The position numbers and the translations under genes are program-made. A DNA stretch of 64,000 nucleotides from Azolla caroliniana (lineage: Eukaryota; Plantae; Polypodiophyta). The stretch is from the NCBI GenBank assembly GCA_043228905.1, contig JBHGNT010000012.1, forward strand, positions 20,584,001 to 20,648,000. The letters run 5' to 3'. Below the pieces are notes generated by a model that did not search any database, was not told the origin of the DNA, and saw only the letters and a program-made list of their open reading frames with translations. Within the stretch, counting starts at the first letter, position 1, and every line of letters starts with the position of its first letter. Of this stretch, positions 52,007-62,839 are shown piece by piece.

Positions 52007-53455
52007 TCATGCCGATTCTGGCCCCGATCGAACAATCCACGACCGGATCACGCTCCACCCGTACCAGAGCGTCGCGTGGTTCGGTCCCCGGTCTTGTCGT
52101 TCCTTGGTCTTCTTGTTGCCCCTTTCGTTGGCCATCTCCCATCCGTCTTCGCTGGCATCGTTCCAGGACTCCTCGGTACCGCCATCCATCTCCTCGGTCT
52201 TACAAGGGCATACGGGCCCGAATGCTGAGTTCTCCGGAATCGGGTCCGTCGGCTTTCGTCCGCTCTTTACCCGTATCGTCTCGCCGGTGATTCTTGGTCT
52301 TTCGCCACCGCCTTCCTCCGCCTGGGACTCACGTGGGCACTCGGGCCCGACTGCCATCGTCTCGGGAGCAAGTGTGGGAAGACACAAAGAATCGCCCGTC
52401 CGTTTTACGCCCTTGTCCGTAGCCACCGACTCTTTGTGGTCGGTGGTCGTCTTCTTACCGATCGCGCAAGCCCCGCCTGGGCTTGTTTCTCCGATTCCCG
52501 GGGTTTCGGGCTTACACGCCTGAAACCGCTGGTCCCAATGATCCGGTTCCGCGATCTGTATCTCGGCCTCGTCCTTGGCCGTTCTATCTCCGCAAGTCGA
52601 GAGGGCGTTTTGTTCCGCACCCTCTCCCGTGGTACCGTCGTACCGATCTTCCGCCGTCGCGTGGGGCAAGTCCGTCTCCTCAGTCTCGGCTTGCGGCCTC
52701 GATCTTTCCTCTTCCTCGAGCATCGCCTCGAGAGCTGCGTACGCCTCCGCAATCCGGGCCTCAACGCCGATCCTTGCCAACTCCCTTTGTCGTTCGGCCT
52801 CTTCCCGTTGTGATGGCACGCCGTTGCGCCCCTTCCTCTTAGCCTTCTCGGCTCGCTCATCATCTAGCCGTTGGCACACCCTTCCGACCTTCGACCAGTC
52901 CTCCGTAAGCCCATTCGCTCCGTCATCGTCTTCGAGCTCAATCCCGATGGCCTCGCGTTCCGCTCGGTCGATCGACCTGACGAACAACAGGACCATGTCC
53001 GCCCCCACCAAACCTTGTTCGAGCCGAGCAAGCCGTCGCTCGAACTCTCGGAACGCCTTGGTCGCGCCCCGATGGGTCTTTGCCGATGCTACCCACTGGT
53101 CGAAGTCGCGTCGTCCCTGGCTCTTCCGCTGTCCTCCGTATGCCTTCCGGAGCGCCTCTTCGAAGGCCTCCCACGAACTATGAGCCTCACGGAGCTCCTT
53201 TATTTCCGCATGCATCCGAATAGCCACGACCCGACAGAAGAACTCTAGCCTCAACGCCTCTTCTACGCCACGCTCCTCCATTTCCGCGTTGTAGGCTTCC
53301 AAGTAAGATGGGACTTTGTCCCCGTTGAAACGGTTGACTCTTTCGACCACTCGCTCAACCGCTTGTTGCGCTACTTCTCGCCTCATCACCACTCGTGCCG
53401 ACTCCAACACCACTTCGGCCACCATCTCTGCAAGGTCGTCGTCTTCCGACTCCAT
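52007..53455 (-). CDS. Gag-like protein, 482 aa
   Basis: Starts just downstream of the PBS; RFNGDKVPSYLEAY..SWEAFEEALRKAYG resembles a retrotransposon capsid. The C-terminus is low-complexity. Confidence 0.7.
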   Translation of the reverse strand: MESEDDDLAEMVAEVVLESARVVMRREVAQQAVERVVERVNRFNGDKVPSYLEAYNAEMEERGVEEALRLEFFCRVVAIRMHAEIKELREAHSSWEAFEEALRKAYGGQRKSQGRRDFDQWVASAKTHRGATKAFREFERRLARLEQGLVGADMVLLFVRSIDRAEREAIGIELEDDDGANGLTEDWSKVGRVCQRLDDERAEKAKRKGRNGVPSQREEAERQRELARIGVEARIAEAYAALEAMLEEEERSRPQAETEETDLPHATAEDRYDGTTGEGAEQNALSTCGDRTAKDEAEIQIAEPDHWDQRFQACKPETPGIGETSPGGACAIGKKTTTDHKESVATDKGVKRTGDSLCLPTLAPETMAVGPECPRESQAEEGGGERPRITGETIRVKSGRKPTDPIPENSAFGPVCPCKTEEMDGGTEESWNDASEDGWEMANERGNKKTKERQDRGPNHATLWYGWSVIRSWIVRSGPESA

Positions 53456-53470
53456 CCTCCCTTGCCGCCT

Positions 53471-53488
53471 TTCACGTCGGGTTCACCA
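53471..53488 (-). promoter_or_regulatory. Primer-binding site complementary to tRNA-Trp
   Basis: The plus strand TTCACGTCGGGTTCACCA matches the 3' end of plant cytosolic tRNA-Trp including CCA (from recalled sequence). There is a 4-nt spacer to the LTR. Confidence 0.8.
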
Positions 53489-54395
53489 AAGATGTTGCGT
53501 TACTACGCGCGTGCATGGAGAAACGAGGTGGGACCACCGGGGTCTTGAACCAAAGAGCAGGTGATAGAAGGGGAAAGAGAAAGAGAGAGATGCTCGGTTA
53601 CGTACGAGCAAAGAAACACAGGGACACGGCCCTGTCAACGCAGAAGACACGAATGGACACAGAGACAGAGAGACACGAATGTTTGTATATTAATGAATGA
53701 CAAATAAACAAGAGAGCATGGAGCGGCTACAACTGAACAGGCCGGCGAACAAATGTCGATGCCTGCTCGTCTGCGCACGAAAGGGGATAGGATGGAGGTG
53801 CTGCCAGAAGCACACGGGCGTTCCTCGAAGCAGCGCGAGCCTCCCGAAAACCTGTAGAGAAGAGCGATGGAGAACGAACAGAGGAGAAGCGTTCGGTTTC
53901 GGTCCGACAGCACTTCGTCCTCCTCCAAAATTTGATATCTATCTCCCCGCGTCTCCCTCTCTTTTATAGCTTCAAGAAGGGATCCGTTTCCCTCATTAAC
54001 TTCCTACCTACCGAATCTAACTACCTAGGATATACACTTGTACCTAATTTTCTATTATACACATTAAAGGGCGCGCACGCGTGAAGAGCCGGTTCACGCG
54101 CGCTATGCACCGATTGCGCTAAGGGACGGTTTTCTTCACGACAACGTGTCCACCCTTTGGTCCTATATATGCATTGTCTACACCAGAGCTAAAGGCCCTT
54201 TGAGTGTATCTCGATGAGAACCTCGTGAAAGGATTTATTCAACCTTCTAAGTCGCCAGCTGGGGCCCCCATATTATTCGTGAAGAAGAAGGACAACTTTC
54301 TATGCTTATGTGTAGACTATCGAGGTCTCAACAAACTCACCGTGTGCAACCGCTATCCACTCCCTTTGATTCCCGAACTCCTCGACCGGCTCCGT

Positions 54396-54502
54396 TGTCG
54401 CATTGTTATGCGTGTGTGTATAGAACGAGGCGGGACCACGAGGGTCTTGGACCGAGGAATAACCGAGCAAGAGTAGGAGCAAGGAAGACAATGTTTGTGC
54501 TT

Positions 54503-54545
<43 letters not shown>

Positions 54546-55097
54546 TACACAGAAACCGCAACCGAATGAAACAACGGAAACGAGACGAATGCGTATACGT
54601 ATATATATATACTCTGATGAAAAAGGGGTTACAACCGGCAAGCCAGTGAGCGACAAATCTCCTACGCCTATGCACACACACATAGAAGAGCGAGATGGAG
54701 ACTCCACCGGAAGCACTCGGGCGTTCCGCAGAGCAGAGTCAGCCTCCCGAAAACCTGCACAGAGCAAATACAGAGAAAGACGGAGGAGAAGAGCTCGGTC
54801 CTAGTCCGACAGCACTTCGTCCTCGACAAAAGTGATCCCCATTACAATTCCTCTCCCTCTCTTTTATAGCCCAAGGAGGGAGGCCATCACAACCCGTTAC
54901 ATCATCTTTATTCTCTGTCCTTTCGGACAGAGATACACCTTGATTTTCTACCTAACAAATGCGTGCTACCTAGGATATTCACATCAACCGACTTGTACCT
55001 AGATATATACATTACAACAAAACTTGTGCCTACATATAAGGGCTAGTTCACGCACATTATTCTCCGATTCCGCCTAGGGACGGTTTTCTCCACGACA
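54396..55097 (-). repeat. 3' LTR of another element of the same gypsy family; its internal region continues at 55098-55132 and 63882-64000
   Basis: TGTCGTGG...GCGACA on the minus strand, similar to LTR 53493-54143. PPT AGGTGGGGGTAGA lies at 55098-55110. Confidence 0.8.
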
Positions 55098-55679
55098 TCT
55101 ACCCCCACCTGACCGTGCATTCACCGGTATGCGGGTAAAAGCATGCGAGTGGAAACACTATTATAGCTAATTAGCTACTAAAATGGCCATAGCTAATTAG
55201 CTATTTGTTTAGCTAGTCTTTTTTGTGGGAAAATCAAATATTTGAAAAACTAATTTATGAAAAAACTCAAATATTTGAACTTCTATTTCAGACGTAGTGG
55301 AACTTGGGGAATAGCACCATCATCTAAGGTCGACTTCAATGTCATCAATTTCCTGTTTAGCCTAAGTCTGATTTTGAATGCAGATGGAGTACTCAGAGCA
55401 CGAACGCAGACGTAGCTCCCGCAACAACAGAAAATCGACATTGTAGATTGAGAGCTACAACACAGAACCCGCTCGATCATCGTCCAGGTATGTTTCAGTT
55501 ACAGAAACCCCAAACATTTGTTTTTTCTTTTTTACTATTGTCTGAACTTTGGTGCCGATTCATATTTCCCCAAAATCGAATAGGGCGAAGTCTTTGGAGT
55601 CCCATACAAGGATGTCTCGCAAATCGGGGAGTAGCAACAGGTGTGTTTATATTACTTTTTTTGTGTTTAATCCTGTCTT

Positions 55680-56240
55680 TAGTGATGATTGGGGTTTCTG
55701 ATTGAAATTTCTGATTAGGGTTTTTGTTTATAAATTTCTGATTAGAATTTCTGATTAGGGTTTGTGATTGAAATTTCTGATTAGGGTTTCTGATTAGGGT
55801 TTTTAATTATAAATTTCTAATTAGAATTTCTGAATAGGGTTTCTGGTTACAAATTTTGATTATAGATTAGAATTTCTGAATAGGGTTTTTGTTTATAAAT
55901 TTCTGTTTAGGATTTCTGATTAGGGTTTGTGATTGAAATTTCTGATTAGGGTTTCTAATTTAAATTTTTGATTAGGGTTTTTGATTATAAATTTCTGATT
56001 AGAATTTCTGAATAAGGTTTCTGGTTACAAACTTCTAATTACAGATTTTGATTAGGGTTTCTGATTTCAAACTTCTGATTACATATTTTGATTAGGGTTT
56101 CTGATTTCAAATTTCTGAATACAAATTATGATTAGGGTTTCTGATTTGCTAAGTTAAAGATTTTGCACCATTTTTGTTGTTGTTGATTGGGGTTTCTGAT
56201 TCTCACATATTCTGATTTTGCACTATTTCTGATTTCTGAA
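55680..56240. repeat. Intronic minisatellite of TTCTGATTAGGGTT (telomere/telo-box-like)
   Basis: Many degenerate copies of gattagggtttctg / aaatttctgattag, confined to intron 1 of the cargo gene. Confidence 0.9.
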
Positions 56241-57584
56241 ATGATATTTCAGATGGCTCATTCCTCCGTATACGAGAGTGCTAAACTTCGCAAAATTTTG
56301 TGGGACAAAGGAGGACTTCCACAACACCTATGGTCTGTCACTCGAGGGTGTTGACCCTGCTGTCCTAAGTGATAAATTGATCAGTGATGTAGACTGGATG
56401 ACAGTATATACAGTGCCTAGAGTCAAAGGCAAGGTCAAGCTGAAGCATGTACGAGCCGACTTGTACGATGACTGCATGAGACTGCACCAGAAAGTTCATC
56501 AGGAGATCCCATTCAACAATGAGTTGTCAGTTTCATTTGCTAGAGCATTTGCATATGAGTACTGCAAAACAGCGAAGGAATCCAGAGACCCTGAAATGTG
56601 TAGGGTAGCTTGGGCAGTCTATGGTGAGACATCGGTAAAAAGATGCCGAAAGATGGGGACCTTGGCACAAAAAATAGACAGATTTTGGAGCATGGCAGCT
56701 GTTGATGCAACTACCGACTCCCAGCAAGACCGGGGGCATACACCACACCGACACCCAAGGAAAGCCAATGTCGATGATACAGGTGAGACATTGGTTAGCT
56801 ATATGCTAAAAAATGTCCATGAAGCCTGTGAGACATTGGCATTTTTTAAGACTGATTTAGAGAAAGCCACAATGGCTTCTGCAATGGAGAGCAAAGTTAC
56901 TTCTGTTGTTACAACAATTAGAAATAAGATTCAGGTAACTATTGTTTTGCTGGTATGTGATTGTGTTATAAATAACGGGTAAAATGTGCTAATCAAGCAT
57001 TATCTGGAATAGGTTGCGCAACAGGAGCTTGAATTAGAGGGGCCACTGGATCCCCAACGTAAAATAGAACTGCAAATAGAGATCCCGGTTCTTTCAATGA
57101 ACCTGGACCTTCTAGGTGTAAATACTGTTGCAGATTACAATTTGGATAAGGTTCAAGTAAGTTAACGATTCCTGAGCAAAGTTGGTGTATCTTTCAACAA
57201 CAAGAATAATTAATCGGTAAATTTCTCTGTTGCGTTGAAGGAACAACACATTCATCAAGAACAGGTAGTTAGCTGCCTTAAGAAGCAACTACATTTTGTG
57301 GATGGAATGGTAAGCACTAGACAGGATTTGGACCTGAACATTCTTGCTCCCTTACCAAATGAAGTAGAACCAGAAAATGATTTATTGACAGTTCAAGCAC
57401 GTTGCATCGCTTGCGGGTTAGGTGTGGAGGACAAAACTGCGTCTTTGTTGGTTCACCTACAACCATGCAACCACACATACCATCTGCTTTGTTTTCAACA
57501 TGCCTGTCGAATTGCTGCATTCTGTTTGGGAGATTGCAGTACAGCTCTACCAAATGAGTGGAGAAAACTAACAGGTATACCATA

Positions 57585-58985
57585 CTGTAGCTAATAAGCT
57601 TAGTCTTTTCTAATTAGCTATCCTACTAGCTAATTAGCTACTGGCAGCTAATGAGCTACTAGCTAATTAGCTATGGTACTAGCTAATTAGCTAGTACCAT
57701 AGTTGTGTAAAAAAGCTAATTAGCTATCCTACTAGCTAATTAGCCACTGGCAACTAATTAGCTATCCTAGTAACTAATTAGCTACTACCATAGTTGTGTA
57801 AAGTAGCTAATAAGCTATCCTAGTAGCTAATTAGCTACTAGCAGCTAATTAGCTATCCTAGTAGCTAATTAGCTACTGGCAGCTAATGAGCTACTAGCTA
57901 ATTAGCTATCCTAGTAGCTAATTAGCTATCCTACTAGCTAATTAGCCACTGGCAACTAATTAACTATCCTAGTAACTAATTAGCTACTGTCATAGTTGTG
58001 TAAAGTAGCTAATAAGCTATCCTAGTAGCTAATTAGCTACTGGCAGCTAATTAGCAATCCTAGTAGCTAATTAGCTATGGTACTAGCTAATTAGCTAGTA
58101 CCATAGTTGTGTAAAAAAGCTAATTAGCTATCCTACTAGCTAATTAGCTACTGGCAACTAATTAGCTATCCTACTAGCTAATTAGCTATCCTACTAGCTA
58201 ATTAGCTATCATAGTAGCTAATTAGCTACTGCCATAGTTGTGTAAAGTAGCTAATAAGCTATCCTAGTAGCTAATTAGCTACTGGCAGCTAATTAGCTAT
58301 CCTAGTAGCTAATAAGCTATCCTAGCTACTACATAGTTGAGAAAGTAGCTAATTAGCTTTCATTGTAGCTAATTAGCTATCCTAGCTACTACCATAGTTA
58401 GTAAAGTAGCTAATTAGCTATCCTAGCTACTACCATAGTTAGTAAAGTAGCTAATTAGCTATCCTAGCTACTACTATAGTTGAGTAAAATAGCTAATTAG
58501 CTATCCTAGCTACTACCATAGTTGAGTAAAGTAGCTAATTAGCTACCATAGTAGCTAATTAGCTATCCTAGCTACTACCATAGTTAGTAAAGTAGCTAAT
58601 TAGCTATCCTAGCTACTACCATAGTTGAGTAAAGTAGCTAATTAGCTATCCTAGCTACTACCATAGTTGAGTAAAGTAGCTAATTAGCTACCATAGTAGT
58701 TAATTAGCTATCCTAACTACTACCATAGTTGACTAAAGTAGCTAATAAATTAGCTATCCTAGCTACTACATAGTTGAGAAAGTAGCTAATTAGCTATCCT
58801 AGCTACTACCATAGTTGAGTAAAGTAGCTAATTAGCTATCCTAGCTACTACCATAGTTGAGTAAAGTAGCTAATTAGCTATCGTACTAGCTAATTAGCTA
58901 TCCTAATTAGCTATCATACTAGCTAATTAGCTATCCTAGCTTCTACCATAGTTTAGTAAAGTAGCTAATTAGCTATCCTAAATAG
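57585..58985. repeat. Intronic array of the palindrome TAGCTAATTAGCTA with higher-order units
   Basis: Dozens of copies lie between the donor at 57575 and the acceptor at 59002. ~40-bp units (tcctagctactaccatagttgagtaaagtagctaattagcta) occupy the distal half. Confidence 0.95.
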
Positions 58986-59663
58986 CTGCCATGTTATTGT
59001 AGAATCTGGTGGATTAAGGACGGCACATGATGTGTCTGGTGTTGATGATGCTGCAACAGATGAGGATATTACTGCCAACGTGGCTGAAAGTAAGAGTCCT
59101 GTTATCACATCTCCTTCAGATCAGCTCCACCCTATTCTTTTGGAACAGTGTACTGAATTAGGCAACGATGTGAAATGCCATGAAATAGTGGAAAAAACAT
59201 GTAAAACTGAGGTTCACAACAACAGTGTTTATGAACACTTGATGCAACATTTCTTCGAGTCTGAAGACCTTGATTCAAACCCCACCGAGCCCAACTACTG
59301 AAAATGTCCAAACAGATCACTCTGTACTTGAAAAGCTAGTTCAAGAAACGGCTGATGTGCAATTAGCTGTTGAGGCGATGGGAAGGTTGTCGGAGGAGGA
59401 CACACTTGCGCATTGGGTGAAAGAAGCAAGGCTAAATGGGGAACCAACCAGAAAAAGGCTGAAGAAGGGGCCACGATCGGGAACAAGACCAGTTACTCGG
59501 TCAAGGGGCCCAGACGTAGTGGAGCGAAATACTGTTTAGTTGGATATGATTGCTAGCTTAGGGATTTTGCTAGGGTTTTATGAAGTTTTACTATCCTGTT
59601 GGACAAGTAAAACCTCAGATTGGTTGTTGCTTGATCCACATTATGTAATGGAACTCTATGATG

Positions 59664-62600
59664 TTGCTTGATCAACCTGGAATAACCGCGAACAACATGC
59701 AGAGATCGCAATTCGGGAATTCCTTGGCACTCCCAGGTCTTCTCCCTATTTACTTCATCTATCTTCACTTCCCAAAATTCACGTTTGATATCTCAGACTT
59801 GCGAGGAATAAACACTTGTGGCACTTGTTGACATATTTGTTCTTAAAAATTCAACTACATGTGATGCACAATTCATGTGCACACCATCTGTCTTTAGTTA
59901 TTCATGGGTAAGTGCCCGCTTTATAACAGCCCCTGCACCATCATGTTCACCTTTACCATGGCCAGACCCAAAAAAATTCCATCTCATCTCCAAACCTGTT
60001 ATAGCAGGATACCTCCCCACAAAATAAAATGGACGTCGAGCCTTGAATTGTGACACAGCTCCGTCAGACCAGACCCAATGTTGAGTAAGCTCGAAACGTT
60101 GAGCTAATAACCACTGCCAATGTAACTTAAAACAATGTTGGACGAACAAGGTATCATGCTTCTTATCATCGGAAATAAAGAAATGAATTACTTTTTTAAC
60201 ATCACCTGAAACTCGAAAATATGTTATGTGCACAAAAATGGTTACCTGAACTGAACACCAATGCATAGATTGAATTTCATTCTGTTGCATGAAAGTATAA
60301 TTCTCTGCGAAATCTACTACTGAGACTACTACATCATTTGGGAAATCAGATATGCAAGTCTTAAACTGATGGGCCTGCCATGAATAAATGAAGTTGTGTT
60401 TAATGAACTTTCCTAGAGATACTACAAACAGAGACACCAAATCCCTTGGTTTAAGCATCTTCCGAACTAGATCCTTTCTTTTACACACCTTTCCTTCGAA
60501 ATTGGTGTTCACTGACTCAAATAACTTCACAGAGATCAATATTTCACTACTCAATTCATTTGGACACCACCTAAATCTAGTAGGGCCACAATCTTGACAT
60601 AAACCCATGACACATTTATGAATATGGAAGATAGCGTCAGTTTCTCTCGGACACAATATTGAATCTAATAAATAACTCATGGAAGAGATAACGTGCTTAG
60701 ATGATTTACACTCCTCTTGCGGGCTTGATCGACAGATTGGGCACCCACATGTGCAAACTGTATTAGTTAGGGATGCGCTATGGTGACGTAGTAGATTAAC
60801 AGAGTCCTTCAGAAAACCCATCTGTACATGGTAAATGCAACAACATGTGTATCGATCCTTTAAGCGTCTCACAAAGTGTGGCTTAAGAGACTCGAATGTT
60901 CATAGTTGAACTTTGATAGTTGGATGCATTCGTTTGAACCTAATAAATAAATCGACCTACGTAATAAAGGGGAATTAGTTATTCTCGTAACTAGCTAACT
61001 ATCCTAGTAGCTAATTACCTATTCTAGTAGATAATTAGCTATCATGGTAGCTAATTAGTTGTCCTAGTAGCTAATAAGCTATCATGGCAGCTAATTAGCT
61101 GTCGTAGTAGCTAATTAGTTATCATGGTAGCTAATTAGCTGCTCTAGTAGCTAATTAGCTATCATGGTGGCTAATTAGCTTTCCTAGTAACTAATTAGCT
61201 GCTCTAGTAGCTAATTAGCGGGTCTAGTAGCTAATTAGCGGGTCTAGTAGCTAATTAGCTATCATGGTGGCTAATTAGCTGTCCTAGTAACTAATTAACT
61301 ATCATGGTAGCTAATTAGCTGGTCTAGTAGCTACTTAGCTATAATGGTGGCTAATTAGCTGTCCTAACTAATTAGCTATCATGGTAGCAAATTAGTTGGT
61401 CTAGTAGCTAATTAGCTATCACGGTGGCTAATTAGCTATCCTAGTAAGCTAATTAGCTATCATGGTAGCTAATTAGCTTTCCTAGTAGCTAATTAGCTGG
61501 TAATAACGAAATAGCAAACTAGCTACCAGTACAACTAATTATCTGGTAGTACCTAAATTAGCTATTGAGAATAGCTAATTAGTTATCATGGTAGTAGCTA
61601 TTGAGAGTAGCCAGTTACCTATGTAGTAACTATCATAGTAGCTAATTAGCTATCATGGTAGCTAATTAGCTTTCCTAGTAGCTAATTAGCTGGTAATAAC
61701 GAAATAGCTAACTAGCTACCATGATAGCTAACTAGCTACCAGTACAGCTAATTATCTGGTAGTACCTAAATTAGCTATTGAGAATAGCTAATTAGCTATC
61801 ATGGTAGTAGCTATTGAGAGTAGCCAGTTACCTATGTAGTAGATATCCTAGTAGCTAACTGAGGTAAATGTAACTGATAAGTTAATTAGCTTTTCTGCTA
61901 ACTGAGCTAATTAACTTTCCGAGTAGAGTCAAAACAAATGTTGAGATAAATGTAAATACCTGAGGTACATCAAGAAGATGAATGGGATGCTCCTCGTATT
62001 GATTTCTTCCAACACGTTTCCTGCATAAATCCTTTTTATTGGGTGAAACCCTACTCTCATTAGTCCAAAACATTGTGATTACATCCTTGATTTCAAATGT
62101 TATGGGTGTCATTGGCTTACATCTTGTAGTTAGCTTTAGTAGACTAGTTCCTTCACCCGAGGAAATTATACGGTTCATTGTATTGTACACTGTTTTTCTA
62201 CTAACACCAATTACCTTAGATAGCTCACTGATGTTTATATCGTCAACATCACTATTAAGTAACATCATTAGACTAGACCTTTTTAAGACAAGATCATCTT
62301 CTGACCTGCTCATGGATACGAAACTATTACGAAGATTATTTACTAAAATAGATGATATGTTTGCATTAAGACCATCACAATCAACTAAGTCCTTTATCGA
62401 TGGATCATTACATATTCCATAAAGTACTACCTTCTTTTCTTCATTGCTGATGTGCTTGGTTTGAACATTGAAATAGTCTACAACCTTTCTCTCTATGATG
62501 GTAGTCGCATTACTTACATTCTCAGCTAAACTATCCTTACCTTTACTGAGTGTGGCTTTCGTATCCTTCAACAATTGACGATGTTTCCTTTTTTTTTCTG

Positions 62601-62709
62601 CCCAATAGTTTCGTATGGCTTGTTGTGTCCTGATAACATCATCCCTATCCTTATGATCATTGAGGGGTAATTCTAAACACCCTTCTTCCCCTTCCATTTG
62701 GTTGGACAT
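59664..62709 (-). pseudogene. Sola2-type DDD transposase, 2 coding exons (62709-61960, 60956-~59664), with point stops and a 3' truncation
   Basis: FESLKPHFV..TCCCIYH, VVDFAENY..QNEIQSMHW..QVTIF, ISDDKKHD, WSDGAVSQFK, WNFFGSGHGKGEHDGAGAVIKR. The phase-0 intron splices in frame. Stops at ~60901, ~59899 and ~59794 are consistent with C>T changes. Confidence 0.85.
60985..61915. repeat. TAGCTAATTAGCTA array filling the transposase intron
   Basis: ~20-bp periodic units (gctaattagctatcatggta / gctaattagctg.tctagta) plus a duplicated block (~61450-61630 vs ~61640-61840). Confidence 0.95.
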
Positions 62710-62839
62710 GTTAAAACCCTAAATTTCCAGAAAAAAAAACAAGTATTAAAGATGGCTATGGGCAACAACAATACACAAAAATATTCCACAATACACAAGA
62801 TTAGACACAACAATACACAAGATAATCAATAGACAGAAA

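Larger units (their letters stand above)
48875..54143 (-). mobile_element. Non-autonomous gag-only gypsy-type LTR element with a tRNA-Trp PBS and 4-bp TSD (ACGT)
   Basis: LTR 53493-54143, PBS 53471-53488, gag-like ORF, no pol motifs, PPT 49633-49645, LTR 48875-49632. ACGT flanks both ends. Confidence 0.85.
46058..54395 (+). mobile_element. Decayed chromovirus-type (Tcn1-like) gypsy: LTR ~46058-46560, gag-protease ~47230-48870, RT start 54148-54395. Interrupted by a solo LTR and a gag-only element, and cut off at 54395 by a further LTR.
   Basis: EPKISLPEKFDG gag, LLDSGAS protease, and [62 protein letters not shown]. The reading frame rejoins across the 48875-54143 insert. The clade assignment is inference. 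Confidence 0.75.
55612..59539 (+). pseudogene. Transposon cargo gene: exons 55612-55640, 56253-56934, 57013-57156, 57241-57574, 59003-~59539; unknown N-terminal domain + RING-H2
   Basis: All four GT-AG introns splice in frame (MSRKSGSSNR|WLIPPY..KIQ|VAQQ..KVQ|EQHI..LT|ESGG). CIAC-x16-CNHTYHLLC-x10-CLGDC is RING-H2-like. There is a +1 frameshift at ~59279 relative to copy A. Confidence 0.8.

Noticed and set aside
55680-56240. Interstitial telomere or chromosome-fusion scar
   Set aside because: It is not a (TTTAGGG)n tract. The motifs are embedded in longer units and recur at the same intron in a second transposon copy.
57585-58985. Regularly spaced palindromic repeats resembling a CRISPR array
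   Set aside because: The spacers are short and themselves repetitive, there are no cas genes, the context is eukaryotic, and the array lies inside a spliceosomal intron.
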